From the NCBI GenBank assembly GCA_964353135.1, contig CAYGTV010000003.1:26718-90717 (forward strand): a DNA stretch of 64,000 bases, written 5' to 3'. Each line of letters begins with the position of its first letter. Position 1 is the first letter of the stretch. This document shows positions 31,298-41,496 of this stretch, one piece after another. The position numbers were made by a program, and so were the translations under genes. The notes under the pieces are model-generated. The model worked only from the letters and a program-made list of their open reading frames with translations, ran no database searches and was not told the origin of the DNA. The DNA is from an uncultured Candidatus Saccharibacteria bacterium. Its GTDB lineage: Bacteria > Patescibacteriota > Minisyncoccia > Phycocordibacterales > UBA918.

Positions 31298-31356
31298 TGC
31301 AAGTAATTTGCAATTGCGAGTATAACAAGTATCTGCTATAATGCAAACTACTTGCA
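31298..31356. promoter_or_regulatory. Two Fur/Zur-type boxes flanking a sigma70 promoter
   Basis: TGCAAGTAATTTGCA (31298-31312) and TGCAAACTACTTGCA (31342-31356); TTGCGA-17 nt-TATAAT between them. Confidence 0.7.
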
Positions 31357-31365
31357 AAATAAACT

Positions 31366-31722
31366 ATGACTTTTCGAATGACAACCAAGCGTCAAGAGAT
31401 CCTCGACGTTCTCAAGAAAAGACACGGTACGATGAGTGCGGCTGATTTGCATGCGTCACTTCCCCATACGGACCTAGTGACAATCTACCGTTCACTAGAA
31501 TTATTTGTAAATGAAAAGATAATTAAACAATTTCATCTGCAAAGCGGTGAAGCTCAGTACGAATACCAAACCGAGCCACACCACCATGCGGTGTGTACCA
31601 CTTGTGAACGTGTGATTCACTTTACCGCTCCTGATCAAAAACTAAAAAAGTTCCTAGGGATCGAGGATTTCGATGTCGATGAAATCGAAGTCACCGTTAA
31701 AGGCATCTGTCACAAACACTAA
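31366..31722 (+). CDS. Fur family regulator (probable Zur)
   Basis: TIYRSL, HHHAVCTTC; divergent from the ZIP transporter. Confidence 0.88.
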   Translation: MTFRMTTKRQEILDVLKKRHGTMSAADLHASLPHTDLVTIYRSLELFVNEKIIKQFHLQSGEAQYEYQTEPHHHAVCTTCERVIHFTAPDQKLKKFLGIEDFDVDEIEVTVKGICHKH

Positions 31723-31763
31723 CAACCAATGAGGTATACTAGTTTCCATAAGTACAAAAATTT

Positions 31764-32198
31764 ATGGAACAAGCACAACTACGAAATACGATTATTGAGT
31801 TTTTAAACAATCATCGTAAAGCCGTTTTTTCTATTTTAGACGAACAAGGCCTCCCAACAACGTCACTCATGCTCTATGTTATCGACGACGAGATGAATGT
31901 CTTTTTTGGCACCAGACGTGCATTTTCAAAATATGGGCACCTCAAAACCAATCCAGTAGTATCGCTTTCTGTGATCGAAGAAGTAATCGATCCACTTAAA
32001 GTAGTCGACATGCGCGGGGACGTCGAAGAACTGTCGGTCGACGATTGTAACAACGTACATGCTTGGTTTAAATCAAAAAACGATTCCAAATACTACGTCG
32101 AAGGAGCTGAAGATTTCACCATGTTTAAACTAGTCCCCCACTTTGTCCGTTGGCTTGACGCAGAGAGTGGGCAGCTTTCGATCGTTGACTTAAAATAA
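31764..32198 (+). CDS. Pyridoxamine 5'-phosphate oxidase-like FMN-binding protein
   Basis: K..LKTNPVVSL split-barrel pattern. Confidence 0.75.
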   Translation: MEQAQLRNTIIEFLNNHRKAVFSILDEQGLPTTSLMLYVIDDEMNVFFGTRRAFSKYGHLKTNPVVSLSVIEEVIDPLKVVDMRGDVEELSVDDCNNVHAWFKSKNDSKYYVEGAEDFTMFKLVPHFVRWLDAESGQLSIVDLK

Positions 32199-32249
32199 CT
32201 GTAGCAACCACATATAAAAAATCAGACCAGCATTTGCTGGTCTGATTTT

Positions 32250-32510
32250 TTATTTTTTGTAATACAAAATCACTAAGAATAGATACAGCGTAAACGTTAA
32301 GGTCAGCAAAAGTTGCCCAAGGATCAATGGTAGTTCACCCAACGTCCAGAACTTGTACAAAATAATTAAAATCGCTACATATCTGATACCTAGTCCGGTA
32401 ATCGATACATCGTGGGACGATTTATGCCTGTATACACAACGAATTTGAAACAACACATCAGCTGTAAGAGCAATGTAAGAAGCAAAGGTAATAATATCTA
32501 AAAATGCCAT
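32250..32510 (-). CDS. PQ-loop/SemiSWEET-like membrane protein
   Basis: 86 aa, 3 TM, QI...KSSHDVS. Confidence 0.65.
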   Translation of the reverse strand: MAFLDIITFASYIALTADVLFQIRCVYRHKSSHDVSITGLGIRYVAILIILYKFWTLGELPLILGQLLLTLTFTLYLFLVILYYKK

Positions 32511-32551
32511 AGCGATATTTTACCCCAGACATAAAAACTGCCGAGGTGTTT

Positions 32552-32896
32552 TCAACCCTTGCTGCCCTGCAGCAATACTTCGTAGGCTAGTGCAACTAGC
32601 TCACCTCGATCTTCGAGAATCTCTTCTGGCACTGACCACCACGAACGAATCCTGACTGGACTCTCGCGATCTTTGCGGTCGTATTCAAAGGGATCAGAGT
32701 CCATCTGCGAGAATTTTTTATGAAGCTCAGGTTCTTTTACCTTGAAATATAAAGTGTCTTCGATAATTACCCCGAGTTGTTTATTCTCGACTTTCAGTAA
32801 TACCCCACTAAACATGCGAGATGTTTGAATCACACCCACTGTAGACAGTTGGTCGAGCACGTAATCAACGAATTCCGGTGAGGTTGCCATAGCCAC
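32552..32896 (-). CDS. TfoX N-terminal domain protein
   Basis: RMFSG, LYFKV, PFEY, VPEEILED. Confidence 0.85.
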   Translation of the reverse strand: MAMATSPEFVDYVLDQLSTVGVIQTSRMFSGVLLKVENKQLGVIIEDTLYFKVKEPELHKKFSQMDSDPFEYDRKDRESPVRIRSWWSVPEEILEDRGELVALAYEVLLQGSKG

Positions 32897-32897
32897 C

Positions 32898-33620
32898 CTA
32901 TCGTTTCTTTTTCTCTCCGACTACACACAGACCAACCACCGCAACGATAAGCGCTCCTGCTAGTCCGACAAAAATCATACTGCCTCCGTCCAGGTTGGCT
33001 GAAATAACACCGATGCCAGCCCACACTAGCACTCCTCCATACCAAGCACTATAGCCAGACTTTTTAAAGTAGAACAATGTAAACGCTGCAATACAAGCAA
33101 ATAGAATCCCATTTGAAACCAGGTTAATTGTTTCGTCAGTAATGACTAGCTGGTCATTTAAGAGCGCCTGAACATTTAACCAACTGGCGATCCCTGTCCA
33201 CGCTGCATACGGTAGCAGAAATTTCTTTGATAGTAGCGTCTGAGTTTTCGCACCCGAGTCAGGAGTGTTGACCACATAGGTAAATGCTCCCGCCATCAGA
33301 AATAGAATCGGGATTGTCAGCCAAACCGTCCAGTCAGTCTGACCAGCGAAATACAACCAAGCAATCGAGCTAGAAAACCCAACTAAGGCGGGTAACCTAG
33401 TAGCGCGCAGGATTTTATTGTCGTTCTTCGGGATCACCTGGTACACCGCGTAGACAAACGACAACGTGTAAATCAGCCCCCAAATACTAAATGCCCACCC
33501 AGCTGGCTGGATAAAGACCGGCAGCGCTCGATCAGTGTTTTCAAACGCCCCGATGTTGATGAAGGCAGCTGCAGCAACTTGAGCAATCGCAGCCACCAGA
33601 AGAAATACTTTTAAAATCAT
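32898..33620 (-). CDS. TspO-like multi-pass membrane protein
   Basis: PAGWAFSIWGLIY, YAAW. Confidence 0.7.
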   Translation of the reverse strand: MILKVFLLVAAIAQVAAAAFINIGAFENTDRALPVFIQPAGWAFSIWGLIYTLSFVYAVYQVIPKNDNKILRATRLPALVGFSSSIAWLYFAGQTDWTVWLTIPILFLMAGAFTYVVNTPDSGAKTQTLLSKKFLLPYAAWTGIASWLNVQALLNDQLVITDETINLVSNGILFACIAAFTLFYFKKSGYSAWYGGVLVWAGIGVISANLDGGSMIFVGLAGALIVAVVGLCVVGEKKKR

Positions 33621-33726
33621 ACGGGTCAAAGTTACAGTAATAAGATCTATCAAGCGTACCATATTATACGTTCACACACTGAAAAACACTAAAACCAGGA
33701 TCAAGTACATACTATAATATACAGAT

Positions 33727-34317
33727 ATGAACAACAAAAACATTATTATTGCACTTATCATTATCACTGTATCAGCCGGATTTGTGTTTCTCATTAACAA
33801 CGAACCAGCTGGAGAAACTAACGTTTCGTATATCGACCCTAACCCACCAGTTGAAAATACTGACTACATTGGAATGACAATATTTGACGCAGAAGCTTGG
33901 GCAGCAGCTAACGCTGAGATGTTCCGGGTCGTAGAAATCGACGGAGAACCGCAGCCAACCACCAGAGACTATCGACCAGGGCGGATAAACGCCACGGTAG
34001 AAAACGATGTGGTGGTTAGCTACACAGTTGAAGGATCTGAATCAGCAGCTATGGACAATCCTTATTTTCAAGACAACCAACTAGACGGCGACATGATTGA
34101 CCCCCAAACCCCACCTAACGGAACTGACTCAGATACAAACGACACAATCATTGGTATGACCACTGCAGAAGTAGAATCGTACGCTGAGGCAAATGATGTT
34201 ATGTTCCGAATCGGTGCCATCGACGGAGAGTTCCTTCCGGTTACCATGGACTATCGACCGGGTCGAATCACCGCTGAGATAGAAGATGACATCGTGACAG
34301 GTTATACAGTTGAATAA
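33727..34317 (+). CDS. Membrane-anchored protein with two I78 peptidase-inhibitor-like domains
   Basis: Two copies of T(R/M)DYRPGRI. Confidence 0.7.
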   Translation: MNNKNIIIALIIITVSAGFVFLINNEPAGETNVSYIDPNPPVENTDYIGMTIFDAEAWAAANAEMFRVVEIDGEPQPTTRDYRPGRINATVENDVVVSYTVEGSESAAMDNPYFQDNQLDGDMIDPQTPPNGTDSDTNDTIIGMTTAEVESYAEANDVMFRIGAIDGEFLPVTMDYRPGRITAEIEDDIVTGYTVE

Positions 34318-34367
34318 TAGTCACCGACTGTATACAAAACCACCACCCTTGAGGGAGGTGGTTTTGT

Positions 34368-35534
34368 TTATTTTTCTTTGCGTTCTTGCAACAGATTGGC
34401 CTGCCGTCGGATGAGAATCGGACTCAGCAACACCGTCACCACACTAAGCACCACGAGCGACGTCAGCAACGTCTGGTCAATCAAACCCAGGTTATACACC
34501 ACAAAAGCGGTAGCTAGTGTCGTCGATAACTGCGGTAGCGATGTCGCCGCAAAGAAATTGGATTCGGTGGTATCAAACCCGACCAAACGAGCAGCAGCAT
34601 ACCCACTGACGTACTTAGACACAACCAACGCCAGTACTAGTGAACACATCACTAGCAACACATCAGACACATCATCTAGCATGCTCAAGTCAGTCTGCAA
34701 TCCAACCACTACGAAAAACACCGGGATAAATATTCCGTAACTGATGGTTTTGATTTTATCTTTCAGTACCTTGCTCTTGATCGAGTCGGCGAGCACTAGT
34801 CCCGAGAAAAACCCAGCCACGATTGGATGCAAGCCCAACAGCTCAAAAGTGATCACTGTCCCAATCAGGATTAAAAATGTGGATCGAAACTCGAGTTGAA
34901 ACAAATCAGGCGCATCAGTTGTCATCCTAACCACCCATTCACGCAGTTTCGGGATCCCTAACCGCATCGCAATCAACACCCCAAGCAGTACCGGATAAAA
35001 TACGTATAGCGGCACCTCGGTCACCGGGTCAACGTTTTGTAGCAGTAGCGACAGCAACACCAAACTAGTGATGTCTTGCAGCACAGTAGTCACCACCACT
35101 GATTGACCCAGTTTCGTACGTAGCATGCCCGTCACCTCGAGAGTTGGAATTACCACCGCAATTGATGATGAGATAAATATAATTCCCACAATTAACGCAG
35201 TCAGTGCATCGTACCCTAGGGCATACACGGCTCCGGCTCCCACCAGAAAAGGAACAAATCCATTAATAAACGCCAGCGAAACCAGATTTGTCTTGTATTC
35301 ACTAAAGTGCGAGAACCTGGTTTCGAGCCCCGCCATAAACATGAGGAACACGAGACCAATTTGTCCCATAAACTCAATCGTTGGGTTGAGCGAGATTAGG
35401 TCGAGCAAACTTGGACCGACCACAATTCCACCAATAATCAACATCACCGCCCACGGGATATGAGTCCGGATTGAAAGCATCGAGAAAAATACTCCCGAAA
35501 AGACAATCAAGAAAAAAGTGTAAAATTCTTCCAT
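34368..35534 (-). CDS. Cation:proton antiporter (CPA2)
   Basis: GLVFLMFMAGLE, LQD, FIPVFF. Confidence 0.88.
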   Translation of the reverse strand: MEEFYTFFLIVFSGVFFSMLSIRTHIPWAVMLIIGGIVVGPSLLDLISLNPTIEFMGQIGLVFLMFMAGLETRFSHFSEYKTNLVSLAFINGFVPFLVGAGAVYALGYDALTALIVGIIFISSSIAVVIPTLEVTGMLRTKLGQSVVVTTVLQDITSLVLLSLLLQNVDPVTEVPLYVFYPVLLGVLIAMRLGIPKLREWVVRMTTDAPDLFQLEFRSTFLILIGTVITFELLGLHPIVAGFFSGLVLADSIKSKVLKDKIKTISYGIFIPVFFVVVGLQTDLSMLDDVSDVLLVMCSLVLALVVSKYVSGYAAARLVGFDTTESNFFAATSLPQLSTTLATAFVVYNLGLIDQTLLTSLVVLSVVTVLLSPILIRRQANLLQERKEK

Positions 35535-35540
35535 TACTAA

Positions 35541-35993
35541 TTAGTATACAGGCTCTTCTTCTGGATATAGATAGTCTTCGATTGATTCGATCAACCCTTC
35601 AATTGCATCTACCAGTGCCTGCCCACCTTCGGCAATTGCGCCGTTAATTTCAGCTGCTGCTGCGCGCATCGCTTCGTCGCGGGCGATAATCCCTTCCCCG
35701 GTCACCGCATGACTTTGCTCTAGCACCGACATCACTCGGTCAAAGTCACTCTGTAGTTCTTCTGCTTCTTTTTGCTCATTGATCACGTCCACCTTCATTT
35801 CTACCAACTGCACTTTGCTATATAAAAGAATTTGCTCTTCTTGATACTGAGCAGCCTGCTCATACGACTGCTGACTACCCTGTTGCTGACCAGCATAAAA
35901 CGCTAGACCAAACATAACACTAGTAAGCAGTCCGAGGATAAACGCTGTGCAAAATGACTTCCGGCAGATGTTGAGATGTAAGTTGAGACTCAT
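35541..35993 (-). CDS. Hypothetical membrane-anchored protein
   Basis: TM plus coiled coil. Confidence 0.55.
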   Translation of the reverse strand: MSLNLHLNICRKSFCTAFILGLLTSVMFGLAFYAGQQQGSQQSYEQAAQYQEEQILLYSKVQLVEMKVDVINEQKEAEELQSDFDRVMSVLEQSHAVTGEGIIARDEAMRAAAAEINGAIAEGGQALVDAIEGLIESIEDYLYPEEEPVY

Positions 35994-36078
35994 ATATATA
36001 AACGGTACCACCACCTATACCACTTGGCAATCAAATAATTCCCTCCACAACTCAATCATGAGATACTAGGGATTCACT

Positions 36079-37611
36079 ATGATGTACGAGACCCTCAAAA
36101 CCCACTTCGGCTACGACAAATTCCGCCCGTTGCAGGAGGAAATTGTGACACGGGTGCTCGAGAAAGAAGACTGTCTGGTACTGATGCCCACCGGTGGCGG
36201 CAAGTCCCTGTGTTTTCAGCTGCCGACCCTGATGCAAGACGGCCTGACGATTGTTATTTCACCGCTTATTTCCCTGATGAAGGACCAGGTCGATGCGCTG
36301 CGCCAGAACGGTGTCAACGCCGCGTACCTCAATAGTTCACTCACCACCGACGAGAAAGTACAAATCCTACGCGACGTCACCGACGGCACCACCAAACTGT
36401 TGTACATCGCCCCCGAGCGACTGGGTGTCCCACAGTTTGCTGCCCTCCTGCACAAACTGCCGATTAGTTTATTTGCCATCGACGAGGCACACTGTATTTC
36501 CGAATGGGGTCATGACTTTCGACCTGACTACCGCAACCTGAACCAGCTACGGACCAACTTCCCCTCCATTCCCATCATTGCGCTGACCGCGACCGCTACC
36601 CAAAAAGTGCGCGACGACATCGTCAAACAGCTCGACCTCCCCAAGCCACACATTTTCACCTCCAGCTTTAACCGCGATAACCTCAGCTACGAAGTGTTAC
36701 CGAAAAAAGAATCGTTTGGGACTATCCTGTCTTTGATCGAATTACACAGAGAAGAAAGCGTCATCATCTACTGCTTCTCCCGCAAAGATACCGAGAGCTT
36801 GGCTAAGAAATTAAATGACCAGGGACACAACGCCGGCACGTACCACGCCGGACTGACCGCCGATCAGCGCCGCGAGAACCAGGACAAATTCATCCGGGAC
36901 GAGATCCACATCATGGTCGCGACGATCGCGTTTGGCATGGGGATCGACAAACCCGACGTGCGCCTGGTGATCCACCACAGCCTCCCCAAATCAATCGAAG
37001 GCTACTACCAGGAAACCGGCCGCGCTGGCCGAGACGGACTCCCCTCCCGTTGTGTGTTGCTGTTTTCAGTCGCGGACAAATTCAAACAAGACTTCTTCAT
37101 CAGCCAAATCAGCGACCCCGAAGAAAAACGCCAAGCGCAACACAACCTCGACCAAACCCTCGACTATGGCCGACTCGATTCCTGCCGCCGCAAATTCCTC
37201 TTGCAGTATTTCAACGAAGACTACACCACCGATAACTGCCAAAATTGCGACCGGTGTATAGAATTCGAGGCCGTGGTGCCAGCCAAAACCACCACAAAAA
37301 CTCAGGCGTCCCACGCCGTCAGCACTCCCGGTTATTCGTACCTCGCTGAACGTGACGGACACACCAACAACGCCTCGGATACAGACTATGACACCGACCT
37401 CTTCGACATCCTCAAGCAACTCCGCCTCCGCGAAGCCAAACGCCTAGGCGTCGCCCCCTACATCGTCTTTGGCGACAAAGCCCTGCGCGGCATGTGTGTC
37501 ACCAAACCAACGACCAAAGCAGCCTTCCTAAAAATCAACGGCGTCGGCGACAAAAAGCTAAAGAAATTCGGCAAGAAGTTTATGGACGCGATTAAGGAGT
37601 ATGAGGGGTAA
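36079..37611 (+). CDS. recQ: ATP-dependent DNA helicase RecQ (winged helix apparently absent)
   Basis: MPTGGGKS, DEAHC, WGHDFRP, QETGRAGRDG, Zn site CRR..CQNCDRC, HRDC. Confidence 0.93.
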   Translation: MMYETLKTHFGYDKFRPLQEEIVTRVLEKEDCLVLMPTGGGKSLCFQLPTLMQDGLTIVISPLISLMKDQVDALRQNGVNAAYLNSSLTTDEKVQILRDVTDGTTKLLYIAPERLGVPQFAALLHKLPISLFAIDEAHCISEWGHDFRPDYRNLNQLRTNFPSIPIIALTATATQKVRDDIVKQLDLPKPHIFTSSFNRDNLSYEVLPKKESFGTILSLIELHREESVIIYCFSRKDTESLAKKLNDQGHNAGTYHAGLTADQRRENQDKFIRDEIHIMVATIAFGMGIDKPDVRLVIHHSLPKSIEGYYQETGRAGRDGLPSRCVLLFSVADKFKQDFFISQISDPEEKRQAQHNLDQTLDYGRLDSCRRKFLLQYFNEDYTTDNCQNCDRCIEFEAVVPAKTTTKTQASHAVSTPGYSYLAERDGHTNNASDTDYDTDLFDILKQLRLREAKRLGVAPYIVFGDKALRGMCVTKPTTKAAFLKINGVGDKKLKKFGKKFMDAIKEYEG

Positions 37612-37656
37612 CTATGACTCCAAATTAATACAACAAAAAATAATTTATCAACGTCT

Positions 37657-39366
37657 CTATTCGAGAAAATCTATAATTTCTTTGAAATTGTCTTTTGTCT
37701 CCTGGTCAATGAAATTTTCATCTTGGTTACATTTATCATAAAAATGCTTCGCAAAAATAAATTTACTGATCTGCTCAACATTTGCAACCATATTTTTATC
37801 AGGTAGAAATTCTTTCTCATAATCTGAAAGAATCGAAGTCACAATATTTACAGACAAGAAATCCTCTATACCCTTTTTTCCATCTGGCTTTAAGACTGTG
37901 TTCTTATACAAAAGATCTTCTGCATCACCAAAAAAGTTTTTCTTTATTTTATTTGCAGCCTTAGTTCCTTGAGAATCATCATCAACTAACACTTTTGCAT
38001 CAATACCCCAGCCATAAAGAATAGCGAATATATTCGGACACTGATCAACACCATTTGACGGAATCACTGAACACCCCTCTTCCAAAATAGGTTTCAAATA
38101 AAAATATTCTGTTATTCCTTCTACAATTAATGTCTTTTTGCTATTAAAAGGATCTGTTAAGGTCACAAGACCTAGTGCTGATTTAATTGGAGCGAGTGAA
38201 TCAAGAGATCCATTAGATGTAACTAGTGCAGAAATTGATTTGAACAGTGAACCTTTGTCATTTCTGTCAACAAGTAGCAGACGCGAAAAATCAACATTTT
38301 CTTTTCCCAATAAAATAGGTTGGTGTGTACTATAGATAATTTGTATACCAGAGTTTTTTGCCAATTCTTCTATAACATCTTTAACGTCTTGCTGTGCGAT
38401 CTCATGAAGACCTTGACCAGGTTCATCAATTAACAAAATTAAACCTCTAGAATCGAGCTCAACCTCATGTGCGCGTAATCTCAAATTAAAACCAGTAAAC
38501 CAGCGAAAACCTTGAGATTTTTGTGATATACGTAGCGGTTTTTCCTCCCCCTGACTTATGAAAAAATTTACTGTTGAGTTTTCACTATTACCCTCCTGGT
38601 GATTTATTTTTATATTATATTTATAATCAACTTGCTCATTTGATATAACCTGGTTCCAATATCCATTCAACGACTCAGCCGCCTGCCTCTCGACTCTCTG
38701 CTCTTCACTAGCTCTTTTTTGGTCGGATGTACTTGGACTCATCAACTCGGCAAAATCGATCTTGTACACTGTTTCAAAATCTCGAATCGCCTGATTGGTG
38801 TTTACTTCACTCTTAGTTGCCTTGCCGGGAAGATTATTTTCGGTAAATGAAGAATAAAAAACCATGGTTGGTCTCATTTTAGAAAAATACGTGTATGGCG
38901 AAAAAGCTTCAATTTCCACCATCTCTCCCTCTGAAGCTTCCTCACCTTCTGGTAACTCATTTAGCGACTTGTCATATTCTGCAACCAACTTTTTTAGTTC
39001 TTGAAAATTTATCCAGCTAAAACTATCAAAATCATCTTCGTCAGTTTCGCCCCTGACGAAAGTGAATCCATTTTTTCTTACACAGTCTGCAATATCGTTA
39101 TTGGTATCCTCCTTTAGTTTTTGGTATTCAGAGTCATTTAGGTAAAAAGTGCAATCAACCCTTGGATGCTCATCCATTCTCCTATCTTCATCTTCAAATG
39201 AGTCATATGACCCCTCTTCAAAGAATTTTAATGCGCTTAAAAAAGAAGTTTTTCCGGACTCATTCTGTCCAGCCAAAACAGTAATCAAATCACCTTTCGA
39301 TAAGTGAACCCATCCTGTATCTTGAATTGATTTAAAATTTTGTATTCTGACCTTGCCGAGTACCAT
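37657..39366 (-). CDS. OLD-family ABC ATPase-TOPRIM nuclease
   Basis: GQNESGKT, SQGF signature, LLIDEP, STH, TOPRIM IVEG..E and DDD; visibly AT-rich. Confidence 0.8.
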   Translation of the reverse strand: MVLGKVRIQNFKSIQDTGWVHLSKGDLITVLAGQNESGKTSFLSALKFFEEGSYDSFEDEDRRMDEHPRVDCTFYLNDSEYQKLKEDTNNDIADCVRKNGFTFVRGETDEDDFDSFSWINFQELKKLVAEYDKSLNELPEGEEASEGEMVEIEAFSPYTYFSKMRPTMVFYSSFTENNLPGKATKSEVNTNQAIRDFETVYKIDFAELMSPSTSDQKRASEEQRVERQAAESLNGYWNQVISNEQVDYKYNIKINHQEGNSENSTVNFFISQGEEKPLRISQKSQGFRWFTGFNLRLRAHEVELDSRGLILLIDEPGQGLHEIAQQDVKDVIEELAKNSGIQIIYSTHQPILLGKENVDFSRLLLVDRNDKGSLFKSISALVTSNGSLDSLAPIKSALGLVTLTDPFNSKKTLIVEGITEYFYLKPILEEGCSVIPSNGVDQCPNIFAILYGWGIDAKVLVDDDSQGTKAANKIKKNFFGDAEDLLYKNTVLKPDGKKGIEDFLSVNIVTSILSDYEKEFLPDKNMVANVEQISKFIFAKHFYDKCNQDENFIDQETKDNFKEIIDFLE

Positions 39367-39401
39367 AAACCAAAGTATACCCACAATGTCATGTTTTTCA
39401 A

Positions 39402-39710
39402 TTAGAAATCAAGCATCTTCTTAAAAGCTCTAGCAATTTTAATTGCATCAGTCTCTACAATTCTGTTTGGAATATGGATAGTATGGAAGCCATCTTCAGT
39501 GGAGTAAGCGTCTCTTTTAAAATCATCGGCCATCTGTATATGATCAGTGTAGTGGTTTGGCCCATCTACTTCTATATAAATTTTTCCCTTGGGAATATAG
39601 ATGTCAATATGCTTATGTTTGTCATAATACTCAAGCTTTGTTTCAACACCAACTGAATTCAGAGCCTCATTAAGCATGGCTGCATGCTTGGTTGGTTTTG
39701 ATTTATACAT
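39402..39710 (-). CDS. DUF559/Vsr-like endonuclease
   Basis: IDIYI..IEVDGPNH..D..RD. Confidence 0.8.
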   Translation of the reverse strand: MYKSKPTKHAAMLNEALNSVGVETKLEYYDKHKHIDIYIPKGKIYIEVDGPNHYTDHIQMADDFKRDAYSTEDGFHTIHIPNRIVETDAIKIARAFKKMLDF

Positions 39711-39907
39711 CCAAACATTGTATCAAAAACTAGTATCATCCTGACTTAGATTGTCATCACCGAATTTAAACACCCAAAAATAACCAAAAAAGCCCAAGGT
39801 CAGTACCTCGAACTTTTGAATGAGTTTATTGCAACAGATTGATTTTCTGACATAAATATGGCTTTATACAGTTAGAAAAGTAACCAATTCGGCTAAAAGG
39901 ATTCGCC

Positions 39908-40336
39908 ATGAACCGTGAACTTGAAACGAGCGACCCAACTAAAGACGTTCCGCAAAAACCGAAACCAGATTTGTTTTGTACATTTTGCGGCAAAAGCCGG
40001 CACGAAGTAGATAAGCTCATCGCTGGACCTGTGTGCTACATCTGTGACGAATGCGTTGATTTGTGTAGATCAATCTTGTACAAGCCACCTGAGACACCCA
40101 GTATAGCGATGGACTTTGACTTGCTCCATGCGTTTCCTGAGAGCTTTCGTTTCTCTGGCGCAGTCACAATTCTCAAGCGCGATTCTCTTGATACGAAGAT
40201 TAGTGAGAGGTATGTGAATTTTTATAACCTGACTGCAGCAGAACTTACTGTGTTTGTCTCAAATCATTCAGTCGGGTTTAACACCCACGCCACAAAAATA
40301 AACCTCTGTGATATACATCCAGAGACGACAAGATAA
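39908..40336 (+). CDS. ClpX C4-type zinc-finger protein without ATPase
   Basis: [24 protein letters not shown]. Confidence 0.8.
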   Translation: MNRELETSDPTKDVPQKPKPDLFCTFCGKSRHEVDKLIAGPVCYICDECVDLCRSILYKPPETPSIAMDFDLLHAFPESFRFSGAVTILKRDSLDTKISERYVNFYNLTAAELTVFVSNHSVGFNTHATKINLCDIHPETTR

Positions 40337-40503
40337 CTGTGGTAATCAAAACAAAAAACCGGACCTTGAAACAGGCCCGGTTTTTGCATTATCAAAAACA
40401 AAGGCGTCATCAGTGAATTCGCCCACCCAAAATAACCAAAAAAGCCCAAGGTCAGTACCTGGGACTTTTGCATGGGTTTATTATGCCTAGTTAGAGAAAC
40501 TGA

Positions 40504-41424
40504 CTAAGCTACAAAATTGTCGATGTTGGCTTTGGTAAGTTTTAGTGCTCGTCCACGGTTTTCTTTGGTAAAGAAACCGGTGTGGGGAGTTACGTAAAAG
40601 TTTGGTAAGGCTAGAAATTTTTCTTTGCACTCTTTCCATTCTTCTGACTGATTTACGTCTGACCAACATTTTACGTCTACCCTCTCAACCAGAAAATCAT
40701 ACAGCTCGTTAATTTTTAGGACTTCAAATGTTCCCGGAATAAGAATTACACCGTCCTGGTTGAGGTTGACTAGATAGTCTTTCCCAAAACTATCTCGGGT
40801 TTCCAGTGTAATAGCAGACGTAATTGCCAACACATCTGTGTCTGTAGTTAGTTCTGCAACCGGTACAGATTGATACTCCACGTCTTTCTCATTTTGGCTG
40901 GCGTATTTTATAGACGCTCCAAAGAAGCTGCAAATTTCTGCAAACCTAGTACCGATTGAACCAAGTCCAAAGATCCCTACATTTTTAGAAGCAATTTCAC
41001 TTCCTTTAAAACCAGCAAAACTTTCACCACCTTCTTTTGCATACGTCATTGCTTCTGGAGTTTGGCGGATAAGGTTCAGGAGCATGTTGAGCATCAGTTC
41101 GCTAACACCATCGGTTGCCTGACCGTTGATGTTATCGATTGTAATATTGTTTTCTTTCAAAAATTCAAGATCAATCATCGACATACCAGTCCAATCGATA
41201 GCAATGTATTTTAATGTGTCCAAATCATAGTATTCGTTTTTGAAATCATCAAACACTCCTACTAGAAAGAAATCGACCCCCTTGAGATGATCAGCTGTGA
41301 GAACATTCTGATAATCGTCAGTTGCAGTGATAGTCGTCACCTCTTCGGCGTATTGTTGTGCCATTGTGGTCAGATCGTCAGACCCTTCAAATTCGTATAC
41401 CAACGCTTTCTTAAATGGTTTCAT
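40504..41424 (-). CDS. D-2-hydroxyacid dehydrogenase-like NAD(P)-binding protein
   Basis: GIFGLGSIG, TPHTG. Confidence 0.85.
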   Translation of the reverse strand: MKPFKKALVYEFEGSDDLTTMAQQYAEEVTTITATDDYQNVLTADHLKGVDFFLVGVFDDFKNEYYDLDTLKYIAIDWTGMSMIDLEFLKENNITIDNINGQATDGVSELMLNMLLNLIRQTPEAMTYAKEGGESFAGFKGSEIASKNVGIFGLGSIGTRFAEICSFFGASIKYASQNEKDVEYQSVPVAELTTDTDVLAITSAITLETRDSFGKDYLVNLNQDGVILIPGTFEVLKINELYDFLVERVDVKCWSDVNQSEEWKECKEKFLALPNFYVTPHTGFFTKENRGRALKLTKANIDNFVA

Positions 41425-41496
41425 ATTTTCCAGTATACCAAAAAAGCCCAAGGTCAGTACCTCGAACTTTTGAATGAGTTTATTGTGATGGAGTAA

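Noticed and set aside
36079-39366. Gabija system (OLD plus helicase)
   Set aside because: The helicase is SF2 RecQ, convergent and compositionally different, not a co-transcribed UvrD-like GajB.
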